DNA from: Neophaeotheca triangularis | Taxonomy: Eukaryota | Length of the DNA: 64,000 nucleotides | NCBI GenBank assembly: GCA_054600435.1 | Contig: BAAIJX010000078.1 | Coordinates: 1 to 64,000 of the forward strand | Direction: 5' to 3' | In this document: positions 23,687 to 35,883 of the stretch, piece after piece | Position numbering within the stretch: position 1 is the stretch's first letter | Layout of the letters: every line of letters starts with the position of its first letter | Program-made: the position numbers and the translations under genes | The notes under the pieces: model-generated | Seen by the model: the letters and a program-made list of their open reading frames with translations, nothing else | What the model was told of the DNA's origin: nothing | Database searches by the model: none

Positions 23687-25531
23687 TCACAAGCAAGCAT
23701 TCTTCTGGTGGCGTGCATTTCCCTTCTCTAGCTCTTACACCCTGATCATCATTGGGAGCGAGCGAAACCGCGCAGAGCAGGCTTAGACCAAATCGGAAGT
23801 CCGACTTCTCCTTTTTGGAAAACAAATACCCGGCTCACTGTTTTGAAACCGCTCGCGCTCGCGTTGCATTTTGGCCGCTGCTGCAGCTCTTAATATACCG
23901 CTGTTTGCGCCCCTCCTCCCTGAAACGCGCGCAAAGCAAATATATAGTACAGCATTACTCTTTAGACCGGAAACGGAAGCGCATACACTTTCGGCGAGCT
24001 CTTTTTCTCGCGCTTCAGTGGCAGCTAGCTTGCGAGGTTTCATCCCCTTCTACTGGCGTCGGAGAGGGAGGGACTGATTGATTGATTGATTGATTACGGG
24101 CTGGACGGGTCATGTTGCTGTGTACCTTATCTTACATTACAACTCTAATACCATCTTTTTCTTCTCCCTCTCGCGGCGAGTACTTTTCATTTCGTTTCGC
24201 CTCCCGGTTGGCTAGCTGGCTGGCTAGCTAGGGCCCAGTGCTGTCCCGTCCCCCCCTCCTCTCCATATCTCCCACTCGCGATACGAGGCATCAATACCAC
24301 GGAGCCCAACGCCATAGAGCAAGGAGACGAGAGAGTCGAGTTCTCCCGAACCCCCCTGGTTTCCATCCGCAAGCAACAGGGGCTAGATATACATACATAC
24401 ATACATACATGCAAAGGGCGCAAAACAACCCGCCACTCCTATACCTCCTCCCTGCCATCCCACTGCCCTAGCTACTCGCCCTAAAACCCCACCTGACTTC
24501 CCAGCCGCGTTGACGCTTTCGAGCCCTCTGAACGAGAAATCGGGATGGGGCGTTTTGGTGTATGCGTGACTTCGAGCGACGACTTTGGAGGTAGGGAGAC
24601 GCTGACTGGGGATAGGAGGTAGAGGAAGGATGGAGGAATGGAAAGAATGATCCGAAGCAGACCTGGGAACGTTGAAACCGTGGCAAGCCGTTGAAGGGAT
24701 GAGTGGATTTGCAAGAGCCGAGTCGGGCAAGGTATACGAGACGTGGTGGACACGGCACTCGCTGCGGTTGTTTTGGGTCAGCACCAACGAATCCCAGGGG
24801 GTTTTCTTTTTTTTTTGTCTCTCTCGAGTGCGTGCTGCTAGATACCTCCTCGCTTGATGGAGGGAATGGGCAGCGAGCACGGGTAAGGTTGAGATCTAGG
24901 GGCGTTATCCGGCTTCGTTGGCGGTATTGGCCGCTAGAAATGGGGCACGAGTAGGCGAGGGTGGGTAGCTACCTACCTATGTCGGGCGCTCGTGCAGTAG
25001 TCAGAGGTGCAGGGACGCGATGCGATAATGGGAAGTTTGATGCATGGTACACGATAGTTCCAAACGCGGAGATGGTCGGTCCGATCGAGCGCGAGGTCGA
25101 TGGCAATTTCGTCAGAAGCGCGGAATCGACTGCACTGCAACGTATGGAGGATGGCTATCATAGAAACTATAGATACATACATATAGGTAACTTGGTATAC
25201 ATGCTGTCCCCCTGATCGTCGCTTCCCGCCTGCCCGCCCGCTAATTATACAGCAAATCAAACAAGATGGATGAGAGCCAGAACGCCTTTTGCTCCCATAG
25301 CTCGATTGGGCCAGAGCATTCATAGCAGCGACATTTGCTGCTTTTCGTTCGCCCGGGCTGGTGGGTTAAGATACTTTGCGGGGGAAAAGGGTTGTGCCTT
25401 ACCTTGGTCGCGCGTCTGTGGTGGTGATTAACGGTGGTGAGGTTCGTCGACGGGTTGTGTGACCATATTTAGACGTTGATGGCCCGCCAGCATTGATGGA
25501 TTGAAGGGGTCGGAGGAAGTAAAGGCGTTGC

Positions 25532-26614
25532 TCAATCCAGTTCCATCGAGTGAGCTGCACAACCGGCGTTTGAGCTCAGCCCAGGGTTTCCGCTGTTGAT
25601 GCTGTCCATCGCTGACTCTTGGTTCATATCGACAGCAGCGGCGGCACCGTTGATTTGTGCACGCTCGACATCATTTTGGTCAGCTGTGATGGGGTCCATC
25701 TCGGCTCTCAGACAACCTCCGGGAGCCGCAAGATGCAAGGCCGGCAACATCTTGAGTCTGGGAAGGAGCTGGGCGGGCTCAGTGGTGACGAGTCTCGCCT
25801 CTGTGAGATCGTTCGAGAATATGTAAAAGGCCTCTTTGCCACTATAGGCGTTGCGAGCCGCGACTAGGTAGGCGGGCATAGCTTTGTATTCGAACCAGAT
25901 GCAGACCTCTTTAAGTCCGGGAAAGTGGTGCTCGATCCAACGCGCATAGGCCGCTTGGTTGACTTTGAGAGCTTCGGTCGCGTCCATGCGCGTCCATCCA
26001 ATGCCAAGAGTGCGGGTTGCTTCGTCGATGAGCGGCTCTGCTGTTGCTTCGCGCATGCCCGGTGGGAGGACGAGCTGGGCTAGGTCGTCTGGACCGGCCG
26101 CGTGCGCGTCGACGCGTTGAGATTTACGGCTTGCGATCGATGGGCGTTTCATGTGATCCAATTGGAACGGAGCACGCGCGGACTTCTCTTCGACCCACGT
26201 CCCGGATTGCGATTCAGCTGAGAACGGCTGGATTTGGTCGCCCGGGTAGACGAGAGTCATGCCAGGTCCCGGGACCGGCTCACCGCGTTGGGGAGCGTCT
26301 GTCATTGAAGCAGGTGTAGGAAGCGAGCCGTCTGGCGCAATGTCCTCCTCTTCTGGGTCCATGACGTCGCCTCTTGAACGCTTGCGGCCAACGATAGACC
26401 CAGGCGTCGGAGGGATTGAAGCTGAGGGAGTGAACGGGTTCAATGGGCCGTCTTTTGGCGGAGAGGTACCATTGGCGCCGGCGTAGTGTGAGTTCTGAAA
26501 GTATTGCTCTGGAGGCGCCGCGGGCATCATGGTGGTCGGAGAAGAGGTGTAGAACTTGTTGGGAGAAGACATGGTGGATATGGATGAGACGTCGGTGAGG
26601 TGATCGAGAAGCAT
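25532..26614 (-). CDS. Hypothetical protein, about 360 aa; probable start at ATG 26614 (alternatively 26572)
   Basis: ORF with a low-complexity N-terminus, basic GRKRSR and RKSQR patches, and a globular-looking C-terminal block (IDEATRTLGIGW...ARWIEHHFP...FYIFSNDLTEARLV). The track's start at 27061 is a TTG in pyrimidine-rich leader. Confidence 0.78.
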   Translation of the reverse strand: MLLDHLTDVSSISTMSSPNKFYTSSPTTMMPAAPPEQYFQNSHYAGANGTSPPKDGPLNPFTPSASIPPTPGSIVGRKRSRGDVMDPEEEDIAPDGSLPTPASMTDAPQRGEPVPGPGMTLVYPGDQIQPFSAESQSGTWVEEKSARAPFQLDHMKRPSIASRKSQRVDAHAAGPDDLAQLVLPPGMREATAEPLIDEATRTLGIGWTRMDATEALKVNQAAYARWIEHHFPGLKEVCIWFEYKAMPAYLVAARNAYSGKEAFYIFSNDLTEARLVTTEPAQLLPRLKMLPALHLAAPGGCLRAEMDPITADQNDVERAQINGAAAAVDMNQESAMDSINSGNPGLSSNAGCAAHSMELD

Positions 26615-27239
26615 TGGCTGTGGCTTGGACTGAAGCTGATCAACCAGCTGACGGAGAGCGTGTGAGCCACCTATTTTGGCGGAAGGTGATCGAGGGCAGT
26701 GGAGATGGGTAAGGTAAAAGTAGAAGAGATGGCGCGTCGTCGTCGTCGATCGATCAGTGAGATAAAAGATATCGAGCTTGTGAAGCTGTAGATTGCTAGA
26801 GACGGATAGACATCCGAATGAGGAAGGGATGTCAAGGAACGATAGAAGTTGGCGGGAGAGGCTGGAGTGTGAAGAGTAAAGAAGAGGCAGAAGAAAAGAG
26901 GTCGCGTGTGTTGGAGGTTGTAGGAGGAGAAAGAGAAGAAGTGCAGGTCGCGCGCCGGCCGCGAAGTTCAAGGCAGGGCAAGGCAGGGCAAGGCAGGCCG
27001 ACGCCGACCTGGGCAAAAGCAGAAGAGCTGATGGCTGAAGATCGGAGCCTCGCTCAGCCAATCGTCAGCCACCAATCCCTTCTTCCCCACACGCTATCCT
27101 TGCGTACCTGGCTACGCTACTTGCCGGGCCGTAAGCGACCACGCTTGCCCCGTCTGGACTAGTAGGTGGGTGGTACCTTGCTTGGCTTTTAACCTCTGTT
27201 GCCTGATCCATCAGGCAGAAGAAAGCCACCCGGTCCAGG

Positions 27240-28739
27240 TCACTGACCAAGGCCAATCCAGTCTCGCGAAGTCGGAGGCATCCACAGCTTCAAGCATTCC
27301 GGCACTTTGACTTGCCTCCTCCCTTCGTCCCACCCATTCTCCAATATCGCCGCAAGGACTCTTGGTACCGCCAAAGCAGTCCCATTGACCGTCTCGGGGA
27401 AGCCTTTCTCACCCGTGCCTTGCGACTTGAATGTAGTGCCCAGGCGACGCGCTTGGTAGTCTGTACATACAGATGTCGACGTAATCTCGCCATAGGCGCC
27501 TCGAGATGGGAACCAGGCTTCAATGTCAACCTTGCGAGCTGCTGAAGCGCCCAGGTCGTGGGCAGGCATTTCGAGAATTTGCGCGTGTAGACCCAGGCTG
27601 GAGATGACATCCTGCTGGACGGCGAGCATGTCCTGGAAGACCGAATCGGACTGCGACGGTAGAGTGGACTCATCATCGTCGCCAAACCTATCGTCGCTCG
27701 CCTCTTGTTGGTGTGCGCGTGGTAGCGTCCAAGCGAACATCTCGACTTTTGTAAATTCGTGGACCCGGTATAGTCCTTTCGTGTCAACGCCCCTCGCGCC
27801 AGCTTCAGCCCTATAGCAGCGGCTAGGGCCGGCAACCTTCAGCGGCAACTCGCTCGCGTCCATCGTCTTACCAGCTTTGTAGCCAGCGAAAGGGATCTCC
27901 GCCGTGCCAGCTAGAACCAGCTCCGCCCCATTACTCCCAGCACTGCCTTCGATCGCATAAACCTGCGTCTCTCCACTCTGATCGCGCGGCAGAAACCCAC
28001 ACGCAGCTCCAATGTGTCCATAAACCAGCGACGGCGGCGTTATGATGCGAAATCCACGCTCCATAGCCCGCTGCAGCGCAAATTGCACTAGCGCCTGCTC
28101 CAGCAGCGCTGCCTCGTTCTTCAGAAAGTACCAACCCCATCCACTCGTTGTAGCAGAAGCCTCAAAATCCAGCAAATCCAACTCCAACCCAATATCAACA
28201 TGACTCCTCCCCTTACTCCCCGCACCCTCAGCCTTCTCACCCACAAACCCCAAAACCTCCGCCTGCCCACCACTAGGCGTCCTATCCCCACTCAAATTCG
28301 GCAATGCCAGCGCCAACCTCTCCATCTCCACCTCCATCTCTTTCTCCCTAGCATCCGCCCCAGCAAGCTGCCCTTTCAACTCCCTCGCCTTCTCTAACAA
28401 CTCACTCCGCCCGGCTTCCGGCCCCTGCCGCCCTAACTCCTTCCCCAAAGCATTGTTACGCTGTCGCAACTCTCTTGTCTCCTTTCTCAGCCGCACGCAC
28501 TCCTCGTGCAATTCCAGAATTCGCCAGCCGTTTCGCGCGTATGGTGCATAGTTGCGGTCGATACAGTTTTGTTCGTAGAGACCGGGGTTTTGACGGATGT
28601 GCTTGAGGTTTAGCACCGGTTTCGGCGCGAAAGAGGGCCGAGTGTAGGTCCGTCTGGACAGGGCAACCGTGGAAAAGGTATTGCGTAGTTTTTGCCGGAA
28701 AGCTGTGCGACAGCTGGAGCAGATGTAGGAGTTCGACAT
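27240..28739 (-). CDS. DIA4: Seryl-tRNA synthetase, mitochondrial
   Basis: Presequence-like N-terminus, coiled-coil arm, LPN, LAGTAEIP, CYRAEAGARG.DTKGLYRVHEFTKVEMF, DIEAWFP, GEITSTS.CTDYQARRL, NGTALAVPR...AILEN. Confidence 0.93.
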   Translation of the reverse strand: MSNSYICSSCRTAFRQKLRNTFSTVALSRRTYTRPSFAPKPVLNLKHIRQNPGLYEQNCIDRNYAPYARNGWRILELHEECVRLRKETRELRQRNNALGKELGRQGPEAGRSELLEKARELKGQLAGADAREKEMEVEMERLALALPNLSGDRTPSGGQAEVLGFVGEKAEGAGSKGRSHVDIGLELDLLDFEASATTSGWGWYFLKNEAALLEQALVQFALQRAMERGFRIITPPSLVYGHIGAACGFLPRDQSGETQVYAIEGSAGSNGAELVLAGTAEIPFAGYKAGKTMDASELPLKVAGPSRCYRAEAGARGVDTKGLYRVHEFTKVEMFAWTLPRAHQQEASDDRFGDDDESTLPSQSDSVFQDMLAVQQDVISSLGLHAQILEMPAHDLGASAARKVDIEAWFPSRGAYGEITSTSVCTDYQARRLGTTFKSQGTGEKGFPETVNGTALAVPRVLAAILENGWDEGRRQVKVPECLKLWMPPTSRDWIGLGQ

Positions 28740-29201
28740 TGGAGTAGATGTGTATCTTCGTTGTTTGTCTCGATTGCACGAGCGAGGGAGCTTTCGGCTG
28801 GACTTGCCGCTAGTGCAGTGAGAAGCTTATGTAGGTTGGTTTCATCTGATTAGATTGACATTACTGTCGAAATATGAATCCTGTTATGAGTGGTTTTGTT
28901 CTACGGAAGTTGGCAGGATCACTTAGCTTAATGCAATTGATAGGTTTTGGTTGATCTAGATAATGATATCGTTCATTCGTCTTGCTCTCTCGCCAGCCGC
29001 AGCTCAGCACCATCCCTGGAACACCTGCAGCCGCCAGTCTTGCCACTAATCGCTATCCTGCCAGCACAGCGTCCATGTGTCTAGTTCGAAGATCTCTTCC
29101 AAACACACACCGTATCCCTTGCAGCACAAAGTAGCGTTTCGCCACGAGCCGTCTCTTCTAGACCGTCCGTCCAAGCAGACTTGATAGACAGAGCCACCAC
29201 T

Positions 29202-29933
29202 TCAGCTCTTGTCCCCCAGCCTCTCCTCGACCTTCCTTCTTTCCCCTTCCTTCAACTCCTGAATGTCCTGCTTGCTCATGTTATAACTAGCATTGACCTG
29301 GTTGAAAGGATTATCAGGGTGCTTCTCGAACTCCTTGCGAATCTGGTCGACCTTCTGCTGCCTCCTCAACCCCTTCTCGTCCTTCATCTCCTCCAAGCGG
29401 CGCTCCTCGTAAGCGTTGTAAGCGGCCTTGAACCGCCTTTCGGGGTGTCGGTCAATCTTCTCCGAGTTCGGGTTTCCACCCGTGATGTTCAGAGCATCGA
29501 GCGCGTTGTCAATACCTGTCGCGGAAAGCCCGGTTTGTTTCTTGTTCGCTTTACTGAGGAGAGAGGGATCGTCGAGACCAGAGAGATCAAGGCCTTTGCT
29601 CTTCTTCGCCGGGGCTTTCTTGCCTCCTTTCGTTGGCAGCGACTCCTCTTCCTCTTTCATGAGAGCATCCTTCTCGGCCTTTTTGCGCGCAGCTTCGGCT
29701 TGTTTGGCTGCTGCTTGTTCACTTTTGCGGACTGTCAGCACAGCTCGTTTTGCGTGTGGTTGCCCGGGGTGACCCTACGCTTTGCTCGTGTCCTTGCCGC
29801 CCTTCTTCCACTCCTCCGTTTCCGCTGCTTCTTTCTTTTGGTTCTCCACTGCGTTCTTCTGAGCGGCTACTTCGGCTTTCTTTGCGTTCCCGGCCGCTTT
29901 CTTGCTGTTCTCGCCTTTGGTCTTTGGAGCCAT
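29202..29933 (-). CDS. LSO2: CCDC124/Lso2 (DUF1014) ribosome-associated coiled-coil protein; exons 29933-29779 and 29721-29202
   Basis: MAPKTKGENSKKAAGNAKKAE...W..G, GIDNALDAL, DRHPERRFKAAY..YEERRL, F.KHPDNPFNQ. GTAGGG...CTGAC...AAG intron joins in frame. Confidence 0.87.
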
Positions 29934-30265
29934 GGTGGAGTATCGATGGGACGAAAAGTGGTGTAGTCTACTTGGCGAATCGTTAGGTGAATACGGAAGG
30001 CAAGACTGACGAGTTGCAAATCCGCAAGAAGAATCTAGGTCGAGTACTTTGTTCAAAGCTCGAGTCTAGAGGTGGTGTTTATTGAAGGACAATGATTTTG
30101 ACTTGTGACGCATATGGCAAGAACAGCTGCACGCCGCACCTGATAGAGGGGCCCGATAGCACGGACCACAATCCCCAAGTGGTACGCCGTATTGGGAAGG
30201 ATTAGGTTGCTAGGAACAGGAACACATGATTGACCCACCAGTCAAGGAGTATATGATCAGTAGCA

Positions 30266-31033
30266 ATGGAGTCTATGGACGGCCCAGAAATCCCCATTCT
30301 TCTCCTGGGCGACGCTGAGGTCGGTAAGTCGACCTTTCTGTCGTAGGTACTTCTTTCTTTGCTTCATTTCGATGTCCTGCCACGACAACTGACGACAAAC
30401 GAAGCCGCATCGCCCTCGGCTCGACCTCGAAGAATGTCGCTGCCAGGCTGCCCGTACTTCGAAACCTAGACCAGCCGTTCCCCTTCCGTATTCGCATGTA
30501 CAACAGACCATACACTTTCCTCTTCTCCGATACGTCTTCGCCAGAGAACTACACGCTGCTGCAGCCTTCGGTCCTCGTTGTTTGCTACGACATCTCCAAT
30601 CCCTCGTCTCTGGCGAGTATCAAAACCCGGTGGAGGCGAGAGGTCGATACGCATTTCAATGTAGGCGAAAAAGTACCTGTAGTGCTACTAGGGCTCAAGC
30701 GCGATGTCCGGGAGAAGGAAGACTACAATGGCAGCGTGAGGCAAGCAATTGGTCCTGAAACCGGCGATACGGATGGCGGAGTACTGAATCCCAGGACGTT
30801 TGTCTATCCTCAGGAAGGGCTTGGGGTTGCTCAGGAGATGCGATGGGATAGGTACTGTGAATGCAGCGCACTCACGGGAGAAGTAGGTCAACTTTTCTTG
30901 CGGGACTCAGAATTATTCGCTGACTTCGTCGTAGCTCTGCCGAGAGGTGATTGAAGACATTGCACGCACTGCTGCAAAGACCACTACTGAGAAAGGAGGC
31001 AGGAGTGATGGAACATCTTGCTCCGTTATGTGA
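30266..31033 (+). CDS. Atypical Rho-like small GTPase with CAAX box; exons 30266-30342, 30405-30882, 30935-31033
   Basis: The spliced product has G1 LLGDAEVGKST, G3-like DTSS, G4 LGLKRD, G5 ECSAL and C-terminal CSVM*. Both introns have GTAGGT donors and CTGAC branch points. Confidence 0.88.
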
Positions 31034-31975
31034 CGGTCGTGCGGATGCCTATACTCATACCGGGTTCCGCCGTGATCACTGCCAGCACGTTGTCAACCCA
31101 GAGACTGTGCGGAAGTACTTCTCACAGCTCGCGTTGACGGTCACTGGCAATGATGGGAGACTTTGAAACGCCTGTCAACCACAGATGTTCCACGGAAACG
31201 TCGTACTACTTCAAGGACATGGTCTGCAAAGCTGCCGTTTTCGTCGATCACTACGGGCAGAAAGCGAGCTCTCTCCTCGCAGGTATAGCCGCTGCGAAAC
31301 GGCTGCTAGCGGCGCGGAAACGGCGTACCATTTAGCTCCTCGACCACGAACGGAAAGGCTGTGAGGCACCTATGGGATGCCACGGTGCGAAGATGGGAAA
31401 AGATAGTTGATGAAAGCAGGTTCAGACGAAAACAAGCCAGCGTAGATGAAGGCCGTTCTTCAGATGCCAGCTTGTGCAATCTGCTCTCGTGTCGGGGCCG
31501 AGTTCATCAACTCAACCAATGCAGTGCTAACCCGGCCCGGGGGGCTTGCAAGCAATGCAATGTGGTCCGCGGGTAACATTTATGAAGTTGACGAGTATCA
31601 AGACTTTAAGGTATAATTCCTGAGCCTATGCCATGCTCCTTTAAACCTCATTGTACTAATCGGATCTCCAAATATGTGAAAGGTCACGTGGCGGGACCTT
31701 GCTGTAGTTATAGAGTAACATGCCGTTTTGCTATCAGTTCCTAGATAAGGCCGCATCTGCCGATTCGGGTTTCTTTTTCCCGGAGTAGTGGTGGAGGTTC
31801 TTGGTTTCTGATGGACGCAAGACCTATTACCTTCCTACTCGACAGCATTGGTTCTCCCTACTATGACCTTATTTGGATGCCTTTAACGTTACGCCATTCA
31901 AGACACTTTGTACGACAATAATCCATCCAAAGCCTGCTGTCGTCGGCCTCGGCATGTGAAGCTACTCGGCATGTC

Positions 31976-34900
31976 ATGAGCCCCACTCCGACCTCACCTC
32001 TACCGACGGCATCGGCATCAACATCAACAGACGACCAGGCACATGCAGGGGGCGATGGACCAAGCGCTACTCGGAAACGAGCCAGGGAGACTGAGGAACA
32101 TGTCAAGTATTCCGAAAGTGTGTCACCAACGGACCATTCTGCGGGCTTGAAGCTCGAGTCCTCGGCCGGCGCAGCGCCGACGAGTACTTCCAACTTTCGC
32201 AATGTCAGCGCTTGCAATCGCTGTCGGTCACGCAAAAATCGATGCGACCAGAGACTACCGGCTTGTTCTGGCTGTGTCAAGGCTCGTATCAAATGTGTTG
32301 GCTTTGATCCGGTCAGCAAGCGCTCCATTCCGAGGAACTATGTTTATTATCTCGAGAGCCGAGTGGCAATGCTGGAGAACCTCTGCCGGGAGGGCGGTGT
32401 GAATTTTCCGGCGGCCGAAGAAGATCTTGGTATCAGGGAAGATGTTGTTGACGGGAGGGGAATCATGCCCTTCCCGCCGCAGCTGAGTGAGCGCGAGGAA
32501 TCCAAAGGCGGCGAGCGATCCGGCGAAGAAGGCAATCTCAAAGCCCAAAGTGGGATCTCAGGCCAACAAAACAGCCTGGATCCAGCGCTGCAGAACGTTG
32601 ACGACCACGAAAAGCTCGACAAGCTTGTGAGCAACATTGGCATGGTGTCTGTACAAGGCGCCTCAGACTCGCGATATCTTGGTTCGACGTCTGGAATTTC
32701 GTTCGCACGGGTTGTTTTTGCGGCCGTGAAAAGCTCAATTTCGCACCCGCCGACCGAACGCAATGGTACGCAGCAGCAACCTAAAGTCAAGACAAATCCG
32801 AGCGATGCCGCTACTGGAGGCGGCACGTCCATGCGCGACTCTTTCTTTGGGCTGCACACGAAACCAAACATAAAACCGGCGCCTTTCCCGGATAAGGGCG
32901 TGGGACTACGTCTTGTTAGTCTGTACTTCGAACACGCCAACCCTCAGATGCCCATACTGCACAGGCCTGAGTTCATGGCCATGTTTGAGCGGGTTTATAG
33001 CACGGATTCGAAGAAGCGAACTTCAAGAGAACTTTACATGCTCAATATTGTCTTTGCTATTGGTTCTGGCATCATCATGGACTCATCGGCTAATCTGCAA
33101 CAGAGGTCTAGCGATGGCTCCACGGGCGCAGATGACAGTTCTGACGCAGGGTTGCCTAACAGAAAAAAGCAAAGACTGTCGCCTTCCCACCAGCATCAAC
33201 CCGAAGAATATCACTCCTCTGCGATCGTGCATCTTGAGAGCTTCTTGGGCTCCTCACCCGCTGCAGAAGGCTTTGGAGGAGGATTGGAAGAATTGCAGGC
33301 TGTGCTTTTGCTTGCAGGGCTGGCTTTGCTTCGCCCTGTAGCTCCAGGTCTGTGGTATATTGTGGGCGTAGCGGTACGATTAGGGGTCGACTTGGGCTTG
33401 CATTCCGAGGATGGAGACTCCCTCCCCAAAGGAACAGCACCTGGCAGCCGATCCAACTCTGATGCTGCAGAGACTTCAGCTCTCGGACGCAAGCAATGGA
33501 TCCGCGATCTTCGCCGACGTCTATGGTGGTGCGTATACTCTTTCGATCGACTAGTCAGCGCGTGCGTGGGACGACCGTTCGGCATCACCGATCAGGTAGT
33601 TACTACCGAGTTCCCATCGCTGTTAGACGACAGTCGCATCACTCGCGAAGGCTTCTTAGAGGATACAGAAGGTCAATTGATACCGAGCTACAAGATTGTC
33701 TCCCATCACTATTTCAGGCTCAGACTGTTGCAATCGGAGATTCTGCAGGTACTGCAACATCGGCAAGCGCAGCAGTCAAGATCCGCAGGCACCAATCGCG
33801 AGAACCGTTTCATGCACACAGGTCTTCCATCACCTTTCCTGGCCAGATTCTCGTCCTTCCGTGACTGGCGAGCAGACGTCGATCGACGTTTATCAGAATG
33901 GAAAGAATCAGCTCCTAAACAACATCAGATTGGAGTTGCGTTTACACCGCTTTTACTCGAATTAAACTACTGGCAAGCGGTCATCATGCTATACAGACAA
34001 TCGCTCTCGGTGCCCGAATCGCTCGCCGGCGAATTGCGCGCCACCCCTGGTGAAGATCTGAGCCCCAACCGCGTTGGCTTTGATGAGCAGGAAGACGAAC
34101 AAGCTGTGTTCTTGAAAGTAGCCCAGGCTGGTCAAAGCGTGTTGAGGACCTATCGTCAGCTGCACAGGCTGAAACTTGTGAATTATACGTTCTTGGCAAC
34201 GCATCACCTCTTCATGAGCGGTGGGTAGTCCTAACCGTGTCCGCTATCTTACTCGTGCTGACAACTTCGCAGGCATATCGTTCCTTTACGCCATTTGGCA
34301 CTCCACACTCGTGCGCTCGCAGCTCACATTAGACGATGTTGACTTTACGATTCTCGCGGCGACTTCCGTCCTAACCGACCTCATTGAGAAATGCCCTCCC
34401 GCCGAAGCGTGCAGAGATGCATTCGCAAGGATGAGCAAAGCTACCATATCCATGTGTATGAGCACGACTGGTTTTGGTACTGTGTCCAATCTAGGCACCC
34501 AACCCATTAGCACTGCACGAGGCCATGGTCATAGCCAGCAGGAGAGCGATATCGAGAGACCAAACCCCTACAGCACAGGCCGGCAGAATACTCGCCGACC
34601 TGCTCCGAGATTCGACATGAACTTGCGCGACCTCTTTACTCAAAACGAAGCCGGTCAGCAGCAGCAGCTCCTATCGCGCAATACGGTGCCTCGCGAATGG
34701 CACGGAGCAAGAGAGCACCGAGCATCCACCAGCGAAACACCCGGCGCCAGGTCCGAGCCCCTAACCCATCCAATCTCAACTGAACCCCTGTCCCACCAAC
34801 ACCAGGATCGACGCAGCAGCACGGCCTCCTCCTCAACCAATCCACAACACTACCATCCTCCCCATGCACCCACATTCCCACCACACCGTCTCGCGCACCC

Positions 34901-35279
34901 ACCAGCACCAAGCCCGCACCTCCCATCCTACCACTCCCAGCCCCCACGCAACTCACACTTCTCCTCCACCTTCCCGGACGCCTCGCAAACAGACTTCAAC
35001 CTCGCCGATCTCGACTTCCTCGACACCTTTTCCACGGCGGAACCGAGCCAGGACTTCTGGTTCGGGGGCAACGGGGGCGAGATTCTGGATCTAGGCTTCG
35101 GCACGGGCGGGACTAGCGGGGCGTGGGAGGAAGGGGGTACTGGGTGGGAGTTTGCAGGGGAGAACGTGGGTACCGGTGCTAGTGCTGGCGCTACGGGCGC
35201 TTTTGATTTGTACGATGGGTTTTACTTTGGTCATGGGGGTTGTGGCGCTGGTGGGAGTGAGGGAGGGGGTGCGCTTTGA
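31976..35279 (+). CDS. uaY: Zn(II)2Cys6 transcription factor, UaY/Ppr1-like (purine utilisation regulator); exons 31976-34220 and 34273-35279
   Basis: ACNRCRSRKNRCDQRLPACSGC......CVGFDP.....IPRNYVYYLESRV cluster, fungal TF middle region (LGLH, RRRLWWCVYSFDRLVS..VGRPFGI). Intron GTGGGT...CTGAC...CAG gives HHLFMSGISFLY. Confidence 0.87.
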
Positions 35280-35883
35280 GTGACGCCGCCGGGTGGCGGT
35301 ATCATCAGGTGCTCTGTCCGGTGTAGTAGATGCATGCATGCCTTCCTCGGCAATTGAAAAGCGAGGCTTATTAATTAAGGCTCAGCTGCCACTGCGCTGT
35401 ATATGTGAGACCAAGTTTTCTACAACGCAAGTAGGGCAAGCCTCTTGTCTGCCCAGCGCACTTCCACCGTCGCGCACGTATGTAGGTGCGGGGATAGGAC
35501 CTCGATCAGAACTACCAGACTTACTTACATATGAGGTCAAACGGTACAAGGCAAGGCAGTTCACCGTATTCAAGACTCCCTTCAAGAGATTCGCGAAAAA
35601 CTTAAGCGGGGACATGGAGAATATGTTTACTGATTAAAATTGCTCTACAGCAAGTTTTTCCATTCTACCGTGCGTCCAACACCCTATCTATCAGCCGTCT
35701 ATGTAGTAAATGCCATTCATGAGGAAACGCCTCGCTAAAAGATGAGAAACAAAAGAAAATTCCAGCACAATCATCAAAACTCCATAACTGCCGGTCCATC
35801 CAGGTCCGAGGAAGGAAGACTAGAAGACCAAACTGAGTCATCAAGACAAAGGCAGCTTGCTGTCGATCAAAATAACCGCCTCC

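Noticed and set aside
23687..25531. Long intergenic region as a possible structured ncRNA (e.g. telomerase RNA) or small gene
   Set aside because: No TAACCCTAA template, snRNA or snoRNA signature seen; ORFs are short and uninformative.
26615..27061. 149-codon TTG-started in-frame extension of the hypothetical protein
   Set aside because: Runs through pyrimidine-rich leader and a (CCYTG)n repeat where stops are scarce; the peptide is L/S/P-rich and uninformative. A non-AUG extension cannot be fully excluded.
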